Assembly: GCA_963828165.1 (NCBI GenBank)
Contig: CAWHDR010000001.1
Span: forward strand, 896,001 to 960,000
DNA from: an uncultured Chloroflexia bacterium
GTDB lineage: Bacteria > Chloroflexota > Limnocylindria > Limnocylindrales > CSP1-4
Reading direction: 5' to 3'
DNA length: 64,000 nucleotides
Each line of letters starts with the position of its first letter. The first letter of the stretch is position 1. The notes beneath the pieces were generated by a model, which saw nothing but the letters and a program-made list of their open reading frames with translations, searched no databases and was not told the origin of the DNA. The position numbers and the translations under genes are program-made. Of the stretch, positions 27,630 through 38,078 are shown in pieces.

Positions 27630-30094
27630 TGGCGCATCCGGGCACCGGCGGGATCGAACAGAGGCTCCGGCTGCAGCCGCGCCGGCCGACGGTTGCCGAT
27701 GATCTCGATCTCGAACTGGCCACCGCCCGGTCCGTTGGGCGCCGCGAGCTCCGTCGGCACGTACCCCAGCGCGATCGATCGCTGCACGTGATGGCCGTAG
27801 CCTCCGGACGTGATCCAGCCGACGACCTTCCCGTCGTGCCACACCGGCTCGTCGCCGATGACGTCGGCCGGGTCGTCCGGATCCGGCTCGACGACGAACG
27901 CCACGAGACGCCGCTTCGGGCCACCAGCGGCGAGCTCCGCCTCGTGCGCCGTTCGGCCGATGAACTCGTGATCGAGCTTCAGGTAGCGCGTGATCCCGCC
28001 CTCGGCCGGCGTGTAGATCGGTCGGTACTCGCGGAACCACGTGCCGTAGCTCTTCTCGAGGCGCAGCGACATCAGGGCGCGCATCCCGAACAGCCGTAGG
28101 CCATGCGGCTCGCCCGCATCCATGATCCGGTCGAACAACGCCCGCTGGTACTCCGGCGCGACCCACAGCTCGTAGCCGAGGTCGCCGGCGTAGTTGATGC
28201 GCGCCAGATGACCTCTGATCATCCCCAGATCGACCTGTCGGAACGTCATGAACGGGAACGCCTCGGTCGAGAGGTCAAGATCGGGCGCCACCGCCGCCAG
28301 CACGTCACGCGAGCGCGGCCCGGCGACGGACAATCCGGTGAGACCGAGACCCAGGACCTCGAACCGCACCGACCCATCCGAGGGCAGGTGGTGCCGGAAC
28401 CAGCGCGAGTGATGGACCTCGGCCGGGAGCGACCCGAACAGGAAGAACTCGTCGGCCTCGGCGGCGCGCGCCACGGTGAACTCGCCGACGATGCGCCCCG
28501 CGTCGTTCAGCATCGCGGTCAGCGTGATGCGGCCGGGCGCCGGCATCCGGGCGGTCAGCAGCGACGACAACCATGACTCCGCGCCCGGCCCGGTGACCCG
28601 GTACTTGGCGTAGTTGGAGATCTCCGTCATCCCGACGCGCTCGCGGACGGCGGCCACCTCGTCGGCCACGCAGTCCCAGGCGTTCGAGCGGCGGAAGGTG
28701 ACATCCTCCTTCGGCTCGAGGCCCTCCCGCTGGAACCACAGGGCGTGCTCGAGCCCGAACGTCGCGCCCCACACGGCGTTGGCATCGGTCAGTCGATCGC
28801 GGATCGGCGTCGTGAGCAGGGGGCGCGCGCCCGGCAGCTCCTCGTTCGGGAACGTGATCCGGAAGCGCCGCCGGTAGTTCTCCTGGACCTTCGCGTTCGT
28901 GTAGGCGAGCGTCGCGTAATCGCCGTAGCGGGCGACGTCCATCGCCCAGATATCCATCCCCGAATCGCCGCGATCGCCGGCGGTCATCCACGTCGCGAGT
29001 GCCAGGCCGACGCCGCCGCCCTGCGACAGCCCGGCCATGACGCCACAGGCGACCCAGTACCCGCGCAGGCCGCGGACGGGCCCGACCAGAGGGTTGCCGT
29101 CCGGCGAGAAGGTGAACGGCCCGTTGACGACCCGCTTGATGCCGGTCGTACCCATCGCCGGGTAGTGCTTGAACGCGACGGACAGCTCGGGGGTGATCCG
29201 GTCCAGATCGGGCTTCAGCAGCTGCGATCCGAAGTCCCACGGCGTCTCGCGCGGCGACCACGGCACGCATGCCTGCTCGTAGGTGCCCAGGAGCATCGCC
29301 CCGCCCTCCTGGCGGATGTAGATCTCGCCGGCGAAGTCGAGCGCCATCGGCATCTCGTGGCCGGTCTTCGCGACCTGGGCGGCGACCTCGGGCATGTCCT
29401 GGGTCAGCAGGTACATGTGCTCCATGGCCAGCACCGGCAGCTCGATCCCGACCATCCGGCCGACCTCGCGCGCCCACAGCCCGCCGGCGTTGACGACATG
29501 CTCGGCGTGGATCGTGTCGCCGCTCTCGACACGGACGTCCCACGTGCCATCCGGGCGCTGCTCCAGCCCCACGACCGGGGTGTGCTGGTGGACCTCCGCG
29601 CCGGCCATCTGGGCGCACTTCACGTAGGCCCGCGTGACGCCGGTGGGATCCACGTGGCCCTCGACCGGGTCGTACAGGGCCCCGACGAAGTACTGCGGGT
29701 CCATGAGCGGGAAGATGTCCGCCGCCTCGCTCGGCGTGATGAGCTCCAGGTCCATCCCGAGATACCGGCCGCGCGCCTGGGCCATCCGCAGGAAGTCCAT
29801 CCGGACCTCCGTGTCGGCCAGCATCAGCCCGCCGGGCAGGTGGATCGAGCAATCCTGGCCGGACACCCGCTCCAGCTCCTCGTACAGCTGGATCGTGTAT
29901 TGCTGCAGCCGAGCCACGTTCGGATCGCCGTTGAGCGTGTGCATCCCACCGGCGGCATGCCACGTCGAGCCCGCCGTCAGCTCGCGACGTTCGAGGAGCA
30001 TGACGTCGGTCCAGCCGGCCTTCGTGAGGTGGTACAGCACGCTGGCCCCGACGACCCCGCCACCGATGACGACGACCTGGGTTTCGTTCTTCAA
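27626..30094 (-). CDS. Dimethylglycine dehydrogenase-like GcvT-family flavoprotein
   Basis: VVVIGGGVVGASVLYHL, LTAGSTWHAAG, NGPFTFSPDGNPLVGP, LRLEKSY; TTG start 30094. Confidence 0.92.
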   Translation of the reverse strand: MKNETQVVVIGGGVVGASVLYHLTKAGWTDVMLLERRELTAGSTWHAAGGMHTLNGDPNVARLQQYTIQLYEELERVSGQDCSIHLPGGLMLADTEVRMDFLRMAQARGRYLGMDLELITPSEAADIFPLMDPQYFVGALYDPVEGHVDPTGVTRAYVKCAQMAGAEVHQHTPVVGLEQRPDGTWDVRVESGDTIHAEHVVNAGGLWAREVGRMVGIELPVLAMEHMYLLTQDMPEVAAQVAKTGHEMPMALDFAGEIYIRQEGGAMLLGTYEQACVPWSPRETPWDFGSQLLKPDLDRITPELSVAFKHYPAMGTTGIKRVVNGPFTFSPDGNPLVGPVRGLRGYWVACGVMAGLSQGGGVGLALATWMTAGDRGDSGMDIWAMDVARYGDYATLAYTNAKVQENYRRRFRITFPNEELPGARPLLTTPIRDRLTDANAVWGATFGLEHALWFQREGLEPKEDVTFRRSNAWDCVADEVAAVRERVGMTEISNYAKYRVTGPGAESWLSSLLTARMPAPGRITLTAMLNDAGRIVGEFTVARAAEADEFFLFGSLPAEVHHSRWFRHHLPSDGSVRFEVLGLGLTGLSVAGPRSRDVLAAVAPDLDLSTEAFPFMTFRQVDLGMIRGHLARINYAGDLGYELWVAPEYQRALFDRIMDAGEPHGLRLFGMRALMSLRLEKSYGTWFREYRPIYTPAEGGITRYLKLDHEFIGRTAHEAELAAGGPKRRLVAFVVEPDPDDPADVIGDEPVWHDGKVVGWITSGGYGHHVQRSIALGYVPTELAAPNGPGGGQFEIEIIGNRRPARLQPEPLFDPAGARMRQ

Positions 30095-30108
30095 CGGATG
30101 AGTCCCTC

Positions 30109-31680
30109 TCAGTAGTCGGTGGGGACGCCGCCCTCGGCGACGCGCCGGTCGACGAATGCCTGGAGCTCCTCGGCCACGGCTGGATCCATCGGCGGCGGCT
30201 CGTACGAGGCCAGCAGCTCCTTCCAGACCCAATTCGCCTTCGACGGCAGCTCCGGCGAGCCGGCCTCCTCCCACGTCTCGTAGTTGCGCCAGTCGCTGAG
30301 CATCGGCTTGTGGAACGCGGTCTTGTAGCGGGACTGCGTGTGCTCGGCGCCGAAGAAGTGGCCGCCTGGGCCGACTCCTTCGATCGCCTCGAACCCCAGC
30401 GTGTCCTCGTCGACGACCACCGGGTCCAGGAACGCCTCGACCATCCCCAGCAGCTCGGCGTCCAGGATCATCTTCTCGTAGCTGGCGTGGAGGCCGCCCT
30501 CCATCCAGCCCGCTCCGTGCATGAGCAGGTTGACCCCGCCCATGATCGCGCCCCACAGCGAGAACACCGATTCGTATGCCGCCTGGGCATCGAGCGCGTT
30601 GGCCGCCGACACGTTCGACGATCGATAGGGCACACCGTAGCGACGGGCGAGCTGACCGCCGATCATCGCGGTCCGCATGTACTCCGGCGTCCCGAACGCC
30701 GGCGCGCCCGACTGCATGTCGACGTTCGACGTGAAGCCGCCGTAGATGACCGGCGCCCCCGGCCGAACCACCTGGGTCAGGACCATGCCCGCCAGCGCCT
30801 CGGCGTTCTGCTCGGACAGGGCGCCCGCGAGGGTCACCGGCGCCATGGCGCCGGCCAGCGTGAACGGCGTGATGCACACGACCTGGCCGCGTCGAGCGAA
30901 CTCCATGATCCCCTGCAACATCGGGGCGTCGAGCCGCAGGGGCGAACTCGAGTTCACGACCGTGAAGATCGATGGCTCCTCGTCGAGCGTGGCGTCGTCG
31001 ATGCCACGGGCGATCCGGACCATCTCGAGGCAATCGACATTGCGCTGGCGGCCAAGGCTGTAGCAGTGGATCGCCTTGTCCAGCAGCGTCAGCCCGTCGA
31101 GGGTGGCATACAGGTGGCGGACGCCATGGTGGAGGTCGACCGGCTCCACCGGGTAGCCCGACAGGAAATGGATCGGGTTCAGCAGCTGCGCGAGTCGCAG
31201 GAGGTTCTGGTAGTCCTCGCGATTGCCAATTCGTCGCCCGCGATCCAGGTCCGAGACGTTGGGCGGGCTGCCGACGGTGCCGAAGGCGATCCAGTCGCCA
31301 CCGAGCTGGACGTCGTGCGCCGGATTCCGGGCGTGCAGCGTGAACGATGAGGGAGCCGACTTGATCGTCTCTGTGACCATCTCCGGGTCGAACCGAACGC
31401 GCTGCGTGTCGGGTTCGGTGTGCGCTCCTGCCGCCTTGAGCACCTCACGCGCATCGGCGTCGAGAAAGTCCATTCCGATCTCGGACAGGACACGCAGCGA
31501 CGCGACATGGATCGACTCGAGCTCGTCGGCGGAGATGACCTCGGTCGGCGCGTAGCGCATCCGCGGCTGCGCCCACGGCCGCTGCTGGGGCAGCAGATGT
31601 CGTTCGTGGCCGGCCCGGCCGCCCGTGCGGCGGCGCGGAGAAGCCCCTCCACTCGTTTCGATGCTGGTCACGATCGCCAA
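30109..31680 (-). CDS. MttB-family (non-pyrrolysine, MtgB-like) methyltransferase
   Basis: IH.ASLRVLSEIG, NSSSPLRLD, TPFTLAGAMAPVTLAGA, FGTPE, DAQAAYES, GPGGHF; no in-frame TAG. Confidence 0.93.
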   Translation of the reverse strand: MAIVTSIETSGGASPRRRTGGRAGHERHLLPQQRPWAQPRMRYAPTEVISADELESIHVASLRVLSEIGMDFLDADAREVLKAAGAHTEPDTQRVRFDPEMVTETIKSAPSSFTLHARNPAHDVQLGGDWIAFGTVGSPPNVSDLDRGRRIGNREDYQNLLRLAQLLNPIHFLSGYPVEPVDLHHGVRHLYATLDGLTLLDKAIHCYSLGRQRNVDCLEMVRIARGIDDATLDEEPSIFTVVNSSSPLRLDAPMLQGIMEFARRGQVVCITPFTLAGAMAPVTLAGALSEQNAEALAGMVLTQVVRPGAPVIYGGFTSNVDMQSGAPAFGTPEYMRTAMIGGQLARRYGVPYRSSNVSAANALDAQAAYESVFSLWGAIMGGVNLLMHGAGWMEGGLHASYEKMILDAELLGMVEAFLDPVVVDEDTLGFEAIEGVGPGGHFFGAEHTQSRYKTAFHKPMLSDWRNYETWEEAGSPELPSKANWVWKELLASYEPPPMDPAVAEELQAFVDRRVAEGGVPTDY

Positions 31681-31825
31681 CTCCTGCCTGGGACGACTGC
31701 CCGGACGTCGACCTCGCCGTCCGACGGTCGCAGTATCGCGCGCGCCGCGTGTCGGGGCGCGCCGTGCGGAACTCGCCCAGGCCGCGAAGCCTGGGCGAGC
31801 TTGAAACGCGTTGGCCGATCGGCGT

Positions 31826-32836
31826 CTAGCCTCCGATGAGACCTTTCTCGGTGAGGAACTGCGTGGCCACGTCGGCCGCCTCTTCCCCGTCGACGTCGAC
31901 CTTGGCGTTCAGGGCCGTCATCGTCGCGGTATCGAGAGCCGCCGCGACCGGGGCGAACAGCTCGGTCAGGCCGGGGTTCGCGTCGAAGACTTCCTTGCGG
32001 ACGTTCAACGACGGCTCGTATGCCGGGAAGAAGGCCTTGTCGTCCTCCAGCACGGTGAGACCAAGCTCGACCACCCGTGAGTCGGTCGCGAACACTTCGC
32101 CGAAGAGGCAGTCGGTGCCCTTGTCGATGGCGGGCGGGATGAGGCCAAGCTCCAGCGTGGCCGGCGTCGCGAACTTCATCCCGTACGCGGCTTCGAGCCC
32201 CGGCAGGCCATCGTCGCGTGCCAGGAACTCGGACGCAGCACAGATCGTGGCCGCGGTCGGATTGGCCGTGGCGTAGGTCGCCACGTCTGAAAGGGTCGTG
32301 AGCCCGAGCTCCGTCGCCTTCTCGGTCGCCAGCGCGATCGCGTACGTGTTGTTCAGCGGTGCCGGGTCGAGCCAGATGATGTCGTTCGCCGCGTCGGCGT
32401 CCCTGACCGCCTCGAACTGCTCCCGGGTCCCTGGGACCGGCGCGGTGTTCTTGAGGTGCGTGATCCAGCCGGTGCCGGTGTACTCCCAGTACATGTCGAT
32501 ATCGCCCGAAACGAGCGCTTCTCGCACCACGGGCGAGCCGACCAGGCCGGTCTCGTCCGTGACAGTCGCGCCAGCGTCCTCGAGCACGAGCTTGGTGATC
32601 TGGCCGAGGATCAGCTGCTCCGTGAACTCCTTCGAGCCGACCGTGAAGGACTTGCCTGTGAGATCGACGCCTCCGGCCGCGCTGGTGGCCGGGCTGCCCG
32701 CGCTGGCCGCCGGGGCCGAGGCCGTCGTGGCGACCGGTGAGGCGCCTGTCCCGCCGGTCGTACATGCCGCGAGGATGAGCGCGATCGCGCCCAGGAAGGC
32801 GAAGGGCAGTTTGGCCCGTTCGTCAAGGCTTCGCAT
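31826..32836 (-). CDS. Osmoprotectant/glycine-betaine ABC transporter substrate-binding lipoprotein
   Basis: Lipobox LAAC, VGSKEFTEQ, YWEYTGTGW, NNTYA, LEDDK.FFP.Y. Confidence 0.92.
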   Translation of the reverse strand: MRSLDERAKLPFAFLGAIALILAACTTGGTGASPVATTASAPAASAGSPATSAAGGVDLTGKSFTVGSKEFTEQLILGQITKLVLEDAGATVTDETGLVGSPVVREALVSGDIDMYWEYTGTGWITHLKNTAPVPGTREQFEAVRDADAANDIIWLDPAPLNNTYAIALATEKATELGLTTLSDVATYATANPTAATICAASEFLARDDGLPGLEAAYGMKFATPATLELGLIPPAIDKGTDCLFGEVFATDSRVVELGLTVLEDDKAFFPAYEPSLNVRKEVFDANPGLTELFAPVAAALDTATMTALNAKVDVDGEEAADVATQFLTEKGLIGG

Positions 32837-32925
32837 GGTTTGATCTCCTCCGTGATGACTGGTAGATCGGGTCGCGTCTCGGCGTCCGGACTCCTTTCGT
32901 ACCGAGGGGTTGCCAGGCCCGGGGG

Positions 32926-33735
32926 TCAAAGGCCCTTTGGGCTCAGGCGGCTCTCAGCGAGGCCGCCAAGGTGGTCGATGAACAAGGCGAGAGAAGCCGT
33001 CAGGACGCTGCCGACCAACGTGACGGTCTGACGGTTCGTGACGATGCCGCCATTGATGATGTCGCCGAGGCCACCGGCGTTCACGAAGGTGGCCAACGCT
33101 GCGGTCCCGACATTGATGACCAAGGCCGTGCGGATCCCAGCCAGGATCACGGGGACGGCCAGGGGCAGCTCGATCTTGCGGAGGACCGCGCTCTTCGTCA
33201 TGCCCATGCCCCGGGCGGCTTCGATGACCGACGCATCGACTTGCTGAAGCCCGACCATGGTGTTGCGAAGGACGGGCAGGATGGCGTAGGCGACGAGGGC
33301 GACGATGGCCGGCCAGAACCCGGTGCTCCAGACGAGGGCGAGCAGCACCAGGACCCCGATCGATGGGATCGCCTGGCCCATGTTTGCGAGGGCGATCACC
33401 GGGGGAGTGATCGGGCGCGCCCCCGGACGAGTCAGAAGGATCCCGAGCGGGACCGCGATGAGGATCACCAGCACCGTGGACGTGAAGGCCAGGGCAAGGT
33501 GTCTCGTGAACGCCAGCGAGAGCGCGTCCGGGGTCAGGATCCGAGCCTCGATGCTGTCAAGGCCTTTCATGCTCACCCAGAGGAACAGCAGGGCGCACAC
33601 GATCGCCAGGGCGATCGGCAATCCGAGGATGGCGAGGAGGCCGTAGCGGCGGCTTCGGAGGATGTCGGTGCTGTCCGACGCAAGCACGACCGGGTTGATG
33701 GTCGGACCGAGGTCCGGCTGCCCCACGATGCCCAT
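32926..33735 (-). CDS. Osmoprotectant ABC transporter permease
   Basis: GQAIPSIG, LPVLRNT, EAARGMGM, GGLG. Confidence 0.92.
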   Translation of the reverse strand: MGIVGQPDLGPTINPVVLASDSTDILRSRRYGLLAILGLPIALAIVCALLFLWVSMKGLDSIEARILTPDALSLAFTRHLALAFTSTVLVILIAVPLGILLTRPGARPITPPVIALANMGQAIPSIGVLVLLALVWSTGFWPAIVALVAYAILPVLRNTMVGLQQVDASVIEAARGMGMTKSAVLRKIELPLAVPVILAGIRTALVINVGTAALATFVNAGGLGDIINGGIVTNRQTVTLVGSVLTASLALFIDHLGGLAESRLSPKGL

Positions 33736-34961
33736 CAGGCGTCGGCCGTCCGCGCTGCCTGCATCTCGTCCGCCTCGGCGCGGGATCGATCACGAGCGTC
33801 CTGTCGCATCTCCTGGATGGCCGTGCTGACGGTCGCGAAATCGACATTGCCCAGGTAGACGCCATCGGCATCCACCACCGTCGCGCACCCGAAGCGCATC
33901 TTGAGCATCTCGTTGAGGGCGTCCGCCAGGGTGGCGTTCGGCTGGACGAGCGCTTCTGGCGGCAGCCCGATCTCGGTCAGTGGCCGATCGTCGTGTTGGA
34001 GTTCGCGCCCGGCGATCCAGCGCACCGGTCGGCGCGCTTCGTCGAGGATCAGGACGGCGCCCTTGTCCGAGGCGAGCAGCGCTGAGCGCACCTCGTCGCG
34101 CGTGCTGTCCACCCGTGCGATCGGCCACTCGCTCAATGCGATGTCGCGAACCCGGGTCAGGTTCAGCCGCTTGAGGGAGGCCCCTGATCCGATGAAGTCG
34201 GCGACGAACTCATCAGCCGGGCCTGACAGGATCCGCTCGGGCGTGTCGTATTGAGCGATCTTCGATCCTTCGCGCAGGATCGCGATCCGGTCGCCCATCT
34301 TGATCGCCTCGTCGATGTCGTGCGTGACGAAGATGATCGTCTTGCGGATCGTCTCCTGAAGACGCAGGAACTCGTTCTGGAGTCGGTCCCGGGTGATCGG
34401 GTCGATGGCGCCGAACGGCTCGTCCATGAGCATGACCGGCGGGTCGGCACTCAACGCTCGGGCGACCCCCGCACGCTGGCGCTGGCCACCTGACAGGTGC
34501 TTGGGATAGCGGCCACGGTACGTCGCGGGTTCCAGCCCGACCATCGAGAGGAGCTCGTCGACCCGTGCCCGGATGCGCTTCTCGTCCCAGCCGAGCATGC
34601 GCGGAACGGTCGCGATGTTGTCGGAGATCGTCTGGTGCGGGAACAGGCCCACCTGCTGGATGACGTACCCGATCCGGCGGCGGAGCTTGTCCGGGTCCAC
34701 CTTCGTGACGTCCTCGCCCTCGAGGATGATCCGTCCGGATGATGGCTCGATGAGTCGATTGATCAGGCGCATCGTGGTCGTCTTGCCACAGCCTGACGGA
34801 CCCACCAGGACCACGATCTCCCCGGCGGCGATGTCCATGTCCAGGTGGTCCACGGCGGGGCGAGCTTGACCGGGAAAGGTCTTGCTCAGATCCTGGAGGC
34901 GGATCATCGGATCCCCGGTCGGGCCGTTCGGAGTGGCGGGCAGCGAAGGCATGGTCGTCAT
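33735..34961 (-). CDS. Osmoprotectant ABC transporter ATP-binding protein with CBS domains
   Basis: GPSGCGKTT, LSGGQRQR, LMDEPFGAIDP, VTHD. Confidence 0.95.
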   Translation of the reverse strand: MTTMPSLPATPNGPTGDPMIRLQDLSKTFPGQARPAVDHLDMDIAAGEIVVLVGPSGCGKTTTMRLINRLIEPSSGRIILEGEDVTKVDPDKLRRRIGYVIQQVGLFPHQTISDNIATVPRMLGWDEKRIRARVDELLSMVGLEPATYRGRYPKHLSGGQRQRAGVARALSADPPVMLMDEPFGAIDPITRDRLQNEFLRLQETIRKTIIFVTHDIDEAIKMGDRIAILREGSKIAQYDTPERILSGPADEFVADFIGSGASLKRLNLTRVRDIALSEWPIARVDSTRDEVRSALLASDKGAVLILDEARRPVRWIAGRELQHDDRPLTEIGLPPEALVQPNATLADALNEMLKMRFGCATVVDADGVYLGNVDFATVSTAIQEMRQDARDRSRAEADEMQAARTADA

Positions 34962-34962
34962 G

Positions 34963-35610
34963 TCAGGCACGGATCCCCTTCGAGGTCGTGAGGCGCGCGA
35001 TGGCGACGAAGGCAAGGTCGATCGCGATGGCGATGACGACGATCCCGAGGATCGCCGAGAGCACCTGCGGCACGGCGGTCGGCGTACCGACGCGTGCGAG
35101 GGCCCGGAAGATGTCCTTGCCGAGGCCCGGCCCGTTGACGACGGCCGAGATGGCCGCGATCCCGACGATGATCACGGCGGAGACCCGGACGCCCGTGATG
35201 ATGATCGGCCAGGCCAACGGAAGCTCGATCTTGAAGAGGCGGCGGTAGCGGCCCATCCCCATGCCCTGGGCTGACTCCACGATCGCGGGATCGACCGAGC
35301 GGAGCCCCGTGATGGTGTTCCGCACGATCGGCAGCAGGCCGTACATCACGAGGGCGACGACCGCGGGTGGCGCGCCCAGTCCGAGGATCGGGATCAGCAG
35401 CCCGAACAGCGCGAACGACGGGATGGTCAGGAAGATCCCCGTGACTGCGAGGGCCGCGCGGCGCGGCGCATCCGTGCGATAGGTCAGGATGCCCAGGGCG
35501 ACCCCGATGGCCGTCGAGATGGCGACCGACACCAGGACGATGCCCAGGTGCTCGAAGGTCAGCCCCAGCAGGCGATCGCCTTGCCGTGCGAGGTAATCGA
35601 ACAGATTCAT
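34963..35610 (-). CDS. Osmoprotectant ABC transporter permease
   Basis: TIPSFAL, LLPIVRNT, ESAQGMGM. Confidence 0.92.
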   Translation of the reverse strand: MNLFDYLARQGDRLLGLTFEHLGIVLVSVAISTAIGVALGILTYRTDAPRRAALAVTGIFLTIPSFALFGLLIPILGLGAPPAVVALVMYGLLPIVRNTITGLRSVDPAIVESAQGMGMGRYRRLFKIELPLAWPIIITGVRVSAVIIVGIAAISAVVNGPGLGKDIFRALARVGTPTAVPQVLSAILGIVVIAIAIDLAFVAIARLTTSKGIRA

Positions 35611-36431
35611 GCCGGGATCTCCGGCGCGATCGATCCGTCGGCGCCGCGGAAGCGCGTGCGACCGTCCCACCCCATCTGGGCGGACAGGTCGTCCGCCGCC
35701 GCCTTGACCGCCTGGCCGGCGTACGGCAACCGTCCACCGAGACGGAATTTCGGGCCGGAGACGTTGAGCGCTGCGACGACGTCGCCGCGGAACCCGCGCA
35801 CCGGCGCCGACGCGGCGACGAGACCCGATTCGAACTCCTCATCGACGATCGCATACCCGGCCCGTCGGGCGACGACGACGCGCTCGTACAGCTCGTCGAC
35901 GTCGCGTGGCGCGTTCGGCCCGCCGCTCCGGAATTCGACCCCGGCGAACAGTCGAGCGATCTCCGCGCGCTCGAAGTCGATGATCAATGAACGGCCCGAC
36001 GACGTGTTGTGGGCCGGGACGAGCCGACCGGCCCAGGCGACGCTCTGGACCGAGTGCGCCGGGCCTTCGGTCAGGATCGTGAGCACCTCGGGGCCCTTGA
36101 GGACCGAAAGGTGGATCCGCTCGCCGAGGTCGTGGTCCACGAGCCGTCGGAGGACGGGCGCGGCGGCGATGATCAGTCGCTGGTCGGCCGACCGTGCAGC
36201 GAGCGCGAAGACCTGCCAGCCGACCCGATATCGAAGGGATTCGGGATCACGCTCGATGTAGCCCGCGTCCGCGAGGACGCGAAGGGTGCGAGACACCTGG
36301 CTCTTGTCGCGGCCCAGGTGAGCCGCGAGGCGGTTCACGCCCCAGCCCCCCTGTGCGACGGCGTCATCCGACGCCAACGCGTCGAGGAGATCGAGGGCAC
36401 GGCGAAGGCTGCTGGAGGGGTCGTCGGCCAC
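35607..36431 (-). CDS. IclR family transcriptional regulator
   Basis: SLRRALDLL, LGRDKSQVSRTL, TSSGR, GYAIVDEE, SAPV. Confidence 0.9.
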   Translation of the reverse strand: MADDPSSSLRRALDLLDALASDDAVAQGGWGVNRLAAHLGRDKSQVSRTLRVLADAGYIERDPESLRYRVGWQVFALAARSADQRLIIAAAPVLRRLVDHDLGERIHLSVLKGPEVLTILTEGPAHSVQSVAWAGRLVPAHNTSSGRSLIIDFERAEIARLFAGVEFRSGGPNAPRDVDELYERVVVARRAGYAIVDEEFESGLVAASAPVRGFRGDVVAALNVSGPKFRLGGRLPYAGQAVKAAADDLSAQMGWDGRTRFRGADGSIAPEIPA

Positions 36432-36452
36432 GATGGCACGGTGCCACAGTGG

Positions 36453-36486
36453 TGCGTCAGATGCAATAGGGTTTGCATTTGACGCA
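36453..36486. promoter_or_regulatory. Inverted-repeat operator in the divergent IclR/asnB promoter region
   Basis: TGCGTCAGATGCAA-N6-TTGCATTTGACGCA (13 of 14 bases inverted match). Confidence 0.65.
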
Positions 36487-36540
36487 ATCGCCGTAGGATG
36501 ACATCGACTAGGCGCTCGGCGTCGAAAGGACGTTCGCTCG

Positions 36541-38058
36541 ATGTGTGGGATCGCTGGCATCTGGGGGACCGAGGACCGCGCCCACGTCGAGCGGATCATG
36601 GACGGCGTTCGTCACCGCGGCCCAGACGGTTCCGGCGTCCACGCACAGACCAACGGCGTGCTGGGTCATCGGCGGCTCGCGATCATGGATCCGGAGGGTG
36701 GTGACCAGCCGCTGTACGACGAGACCCGCACGATGGCGATCGTCGCCAACGGCGAGATCTACAACTTCCCGCAGCTCCGGCCTGAGCTGGCGAAGCGGCA
36801 TGACTTCCGGACGACCAGCGATATCGAGGCCGTCCTGCACCTCTACGAGGAACTTGGCGTCGACACACCGTCCGCCCTCAAGGGGATGTTCGCCTTCGCG
36901 ATCTGCGGCGAGGACCACTTGTTCCTCGCTCGCGATCCCATCGGGATCAAGCCGCTCTACTACGGCAGCTGGACCGACCATCAGGGCACCACGACCATGG
37001 CCTTCGGGTCAGAGATGAAGCCCCTCGCCGAATGGGTCGATGATCTGCACGAATTCCCGCCGGGACACTATTTCGACAGTCGCGTCGGCTTCGTCCGGTA
37101 CTACGAGGTTCCCACCGAACCGCCGCTGACTCGCTCGACCGAGGACCACGTCTCGCTGGTCCGAAGCGGAGTCGAGGATGCCGTGGTGTCGCACCTGATG
37201 AGCGACGTGCCAGTCGGCGCGTTCCTGTCGGGCGGGCTCGATTCGAGCATCATCGCCGCGATCGCGCGCCAGCACCTCGAAGTGCTCCACACGTTCTCGG
37301 TCGGGATCGCGGGTTCCTCCGACATCGAGGCCGCGCGGCGGGTGGCCGCGCATATCGGTTCGATCCACCACGAGTTCCTGATGACGCCGACGGAGGTGGT
37401 CGCCAAGCTGCCCGAGATCATCAATGCCCTGGAATCGTTCGACCAGGACCTCGTCCGCAGCGCGATCCCCACGTATTTCTGCTCCCGCCTGGCCGCCGAC
37501 TACGTCAAGGTGATCCTCACCGGCGAAGGCGCGGACGAGCTGTTCGCCGGCTACGCCTACCACAAGACCGTCAGCGACCCGGCGACCCTCCATCAGGAGC
37601 TCTGTCGTTCGGTCACGACCTTGCACAACATCAACTTGCAGCGAGCCGACCGCCTCACGATGCTTCACGGCATCGAGGGCCGCGTGCCGTTCCTCGACAC
37701 GGACTTCATCGCGACGGCGCTGACCGTCCCCACCGAGCTGAAGATCGCGACGATGCCGGATGGTCGGGTGATCGAGAAGTGGGTGCTGCGTGCGGCCTTC
37801 GAGGATCTCCTGCCCGCCGACATCGTCTGGCGGACGAAGGAACAGTTCGACGAGGGGACGGGGACGATCGACCTGCTCGCCCAGGCCCTCGTCCCGCTTG
37901 TCGCGGAGATCGACCTTGACGCGTATCGGGTGACGACCGATGAACCCGTTCGTTCTGCCGAGGAGGCCCTCTACCACCGGATCCTGTGCGATGGCCTGCC
38001 ACGTCCGGACCTGATCCTGCGCAACGTCGCCCGCTGGACCGACGACCGCCACGGCTGA
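36541..38058 (+). CDS. asnB: Asparagine synthase (glutamine-hydrolysing) family amidotransferase
   Basis: MCGI, HRGPD, NGEIYN, ARDPIGIKPLY, LSGGLDSS, TGEGADELFAGY, RVPFLD. Confidence 0.9.
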   Translation: MCGIAGIWGTEDRAHVERIMDGVRHRGPDGSGVHAQTNGVLGHRRLAIMDPEGGDQPLYDETRTMAIVANGEIYNFPQLRPELAKRHDFRTTSDIEAVLHLYEELGVDTPSALKGMFAFAICGEDHLFLARDPIGIKPLYYGSWTDHQGTTTMAFGSEMKPLAEWVDDLHEFPPGHYFDSRVGFVRYYEVPTEPPLTRSTEDHVSLVRSGVEDAVVSHLMSDVPVGAFLSGGLDSSIIAAIARQHLEVLHTFSVGIAGSSDIEAARRVAAHIGSIHHEFLMTPTEVVAKLPEIINALESFDQDLVRSAIPTYFCSRLAADYVKVILTGEGADELFAGYAYHKTVSDPATLHQELCRSVTTLHNINLQRADRLTMLHGIEGRVPFLDTDFIATALTVPTELKIATMPDGRVIEKWVLRAAFEDLLPADIVWRTKEQFDEGTGTIDLLAQALVPLVAEIDLDAYRVTTDEPVRSAEEALYHRILCDGLPRPDLILRNVARWTDDRHG

Positions 38059-38078
38059 CGGCACGGGCACCGGCACCG

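Noticed and set aside
30109-31680. Pyrrolysine-containing MttB
   Set aside because: No in-frame amber codon and no pyl genes in the window.
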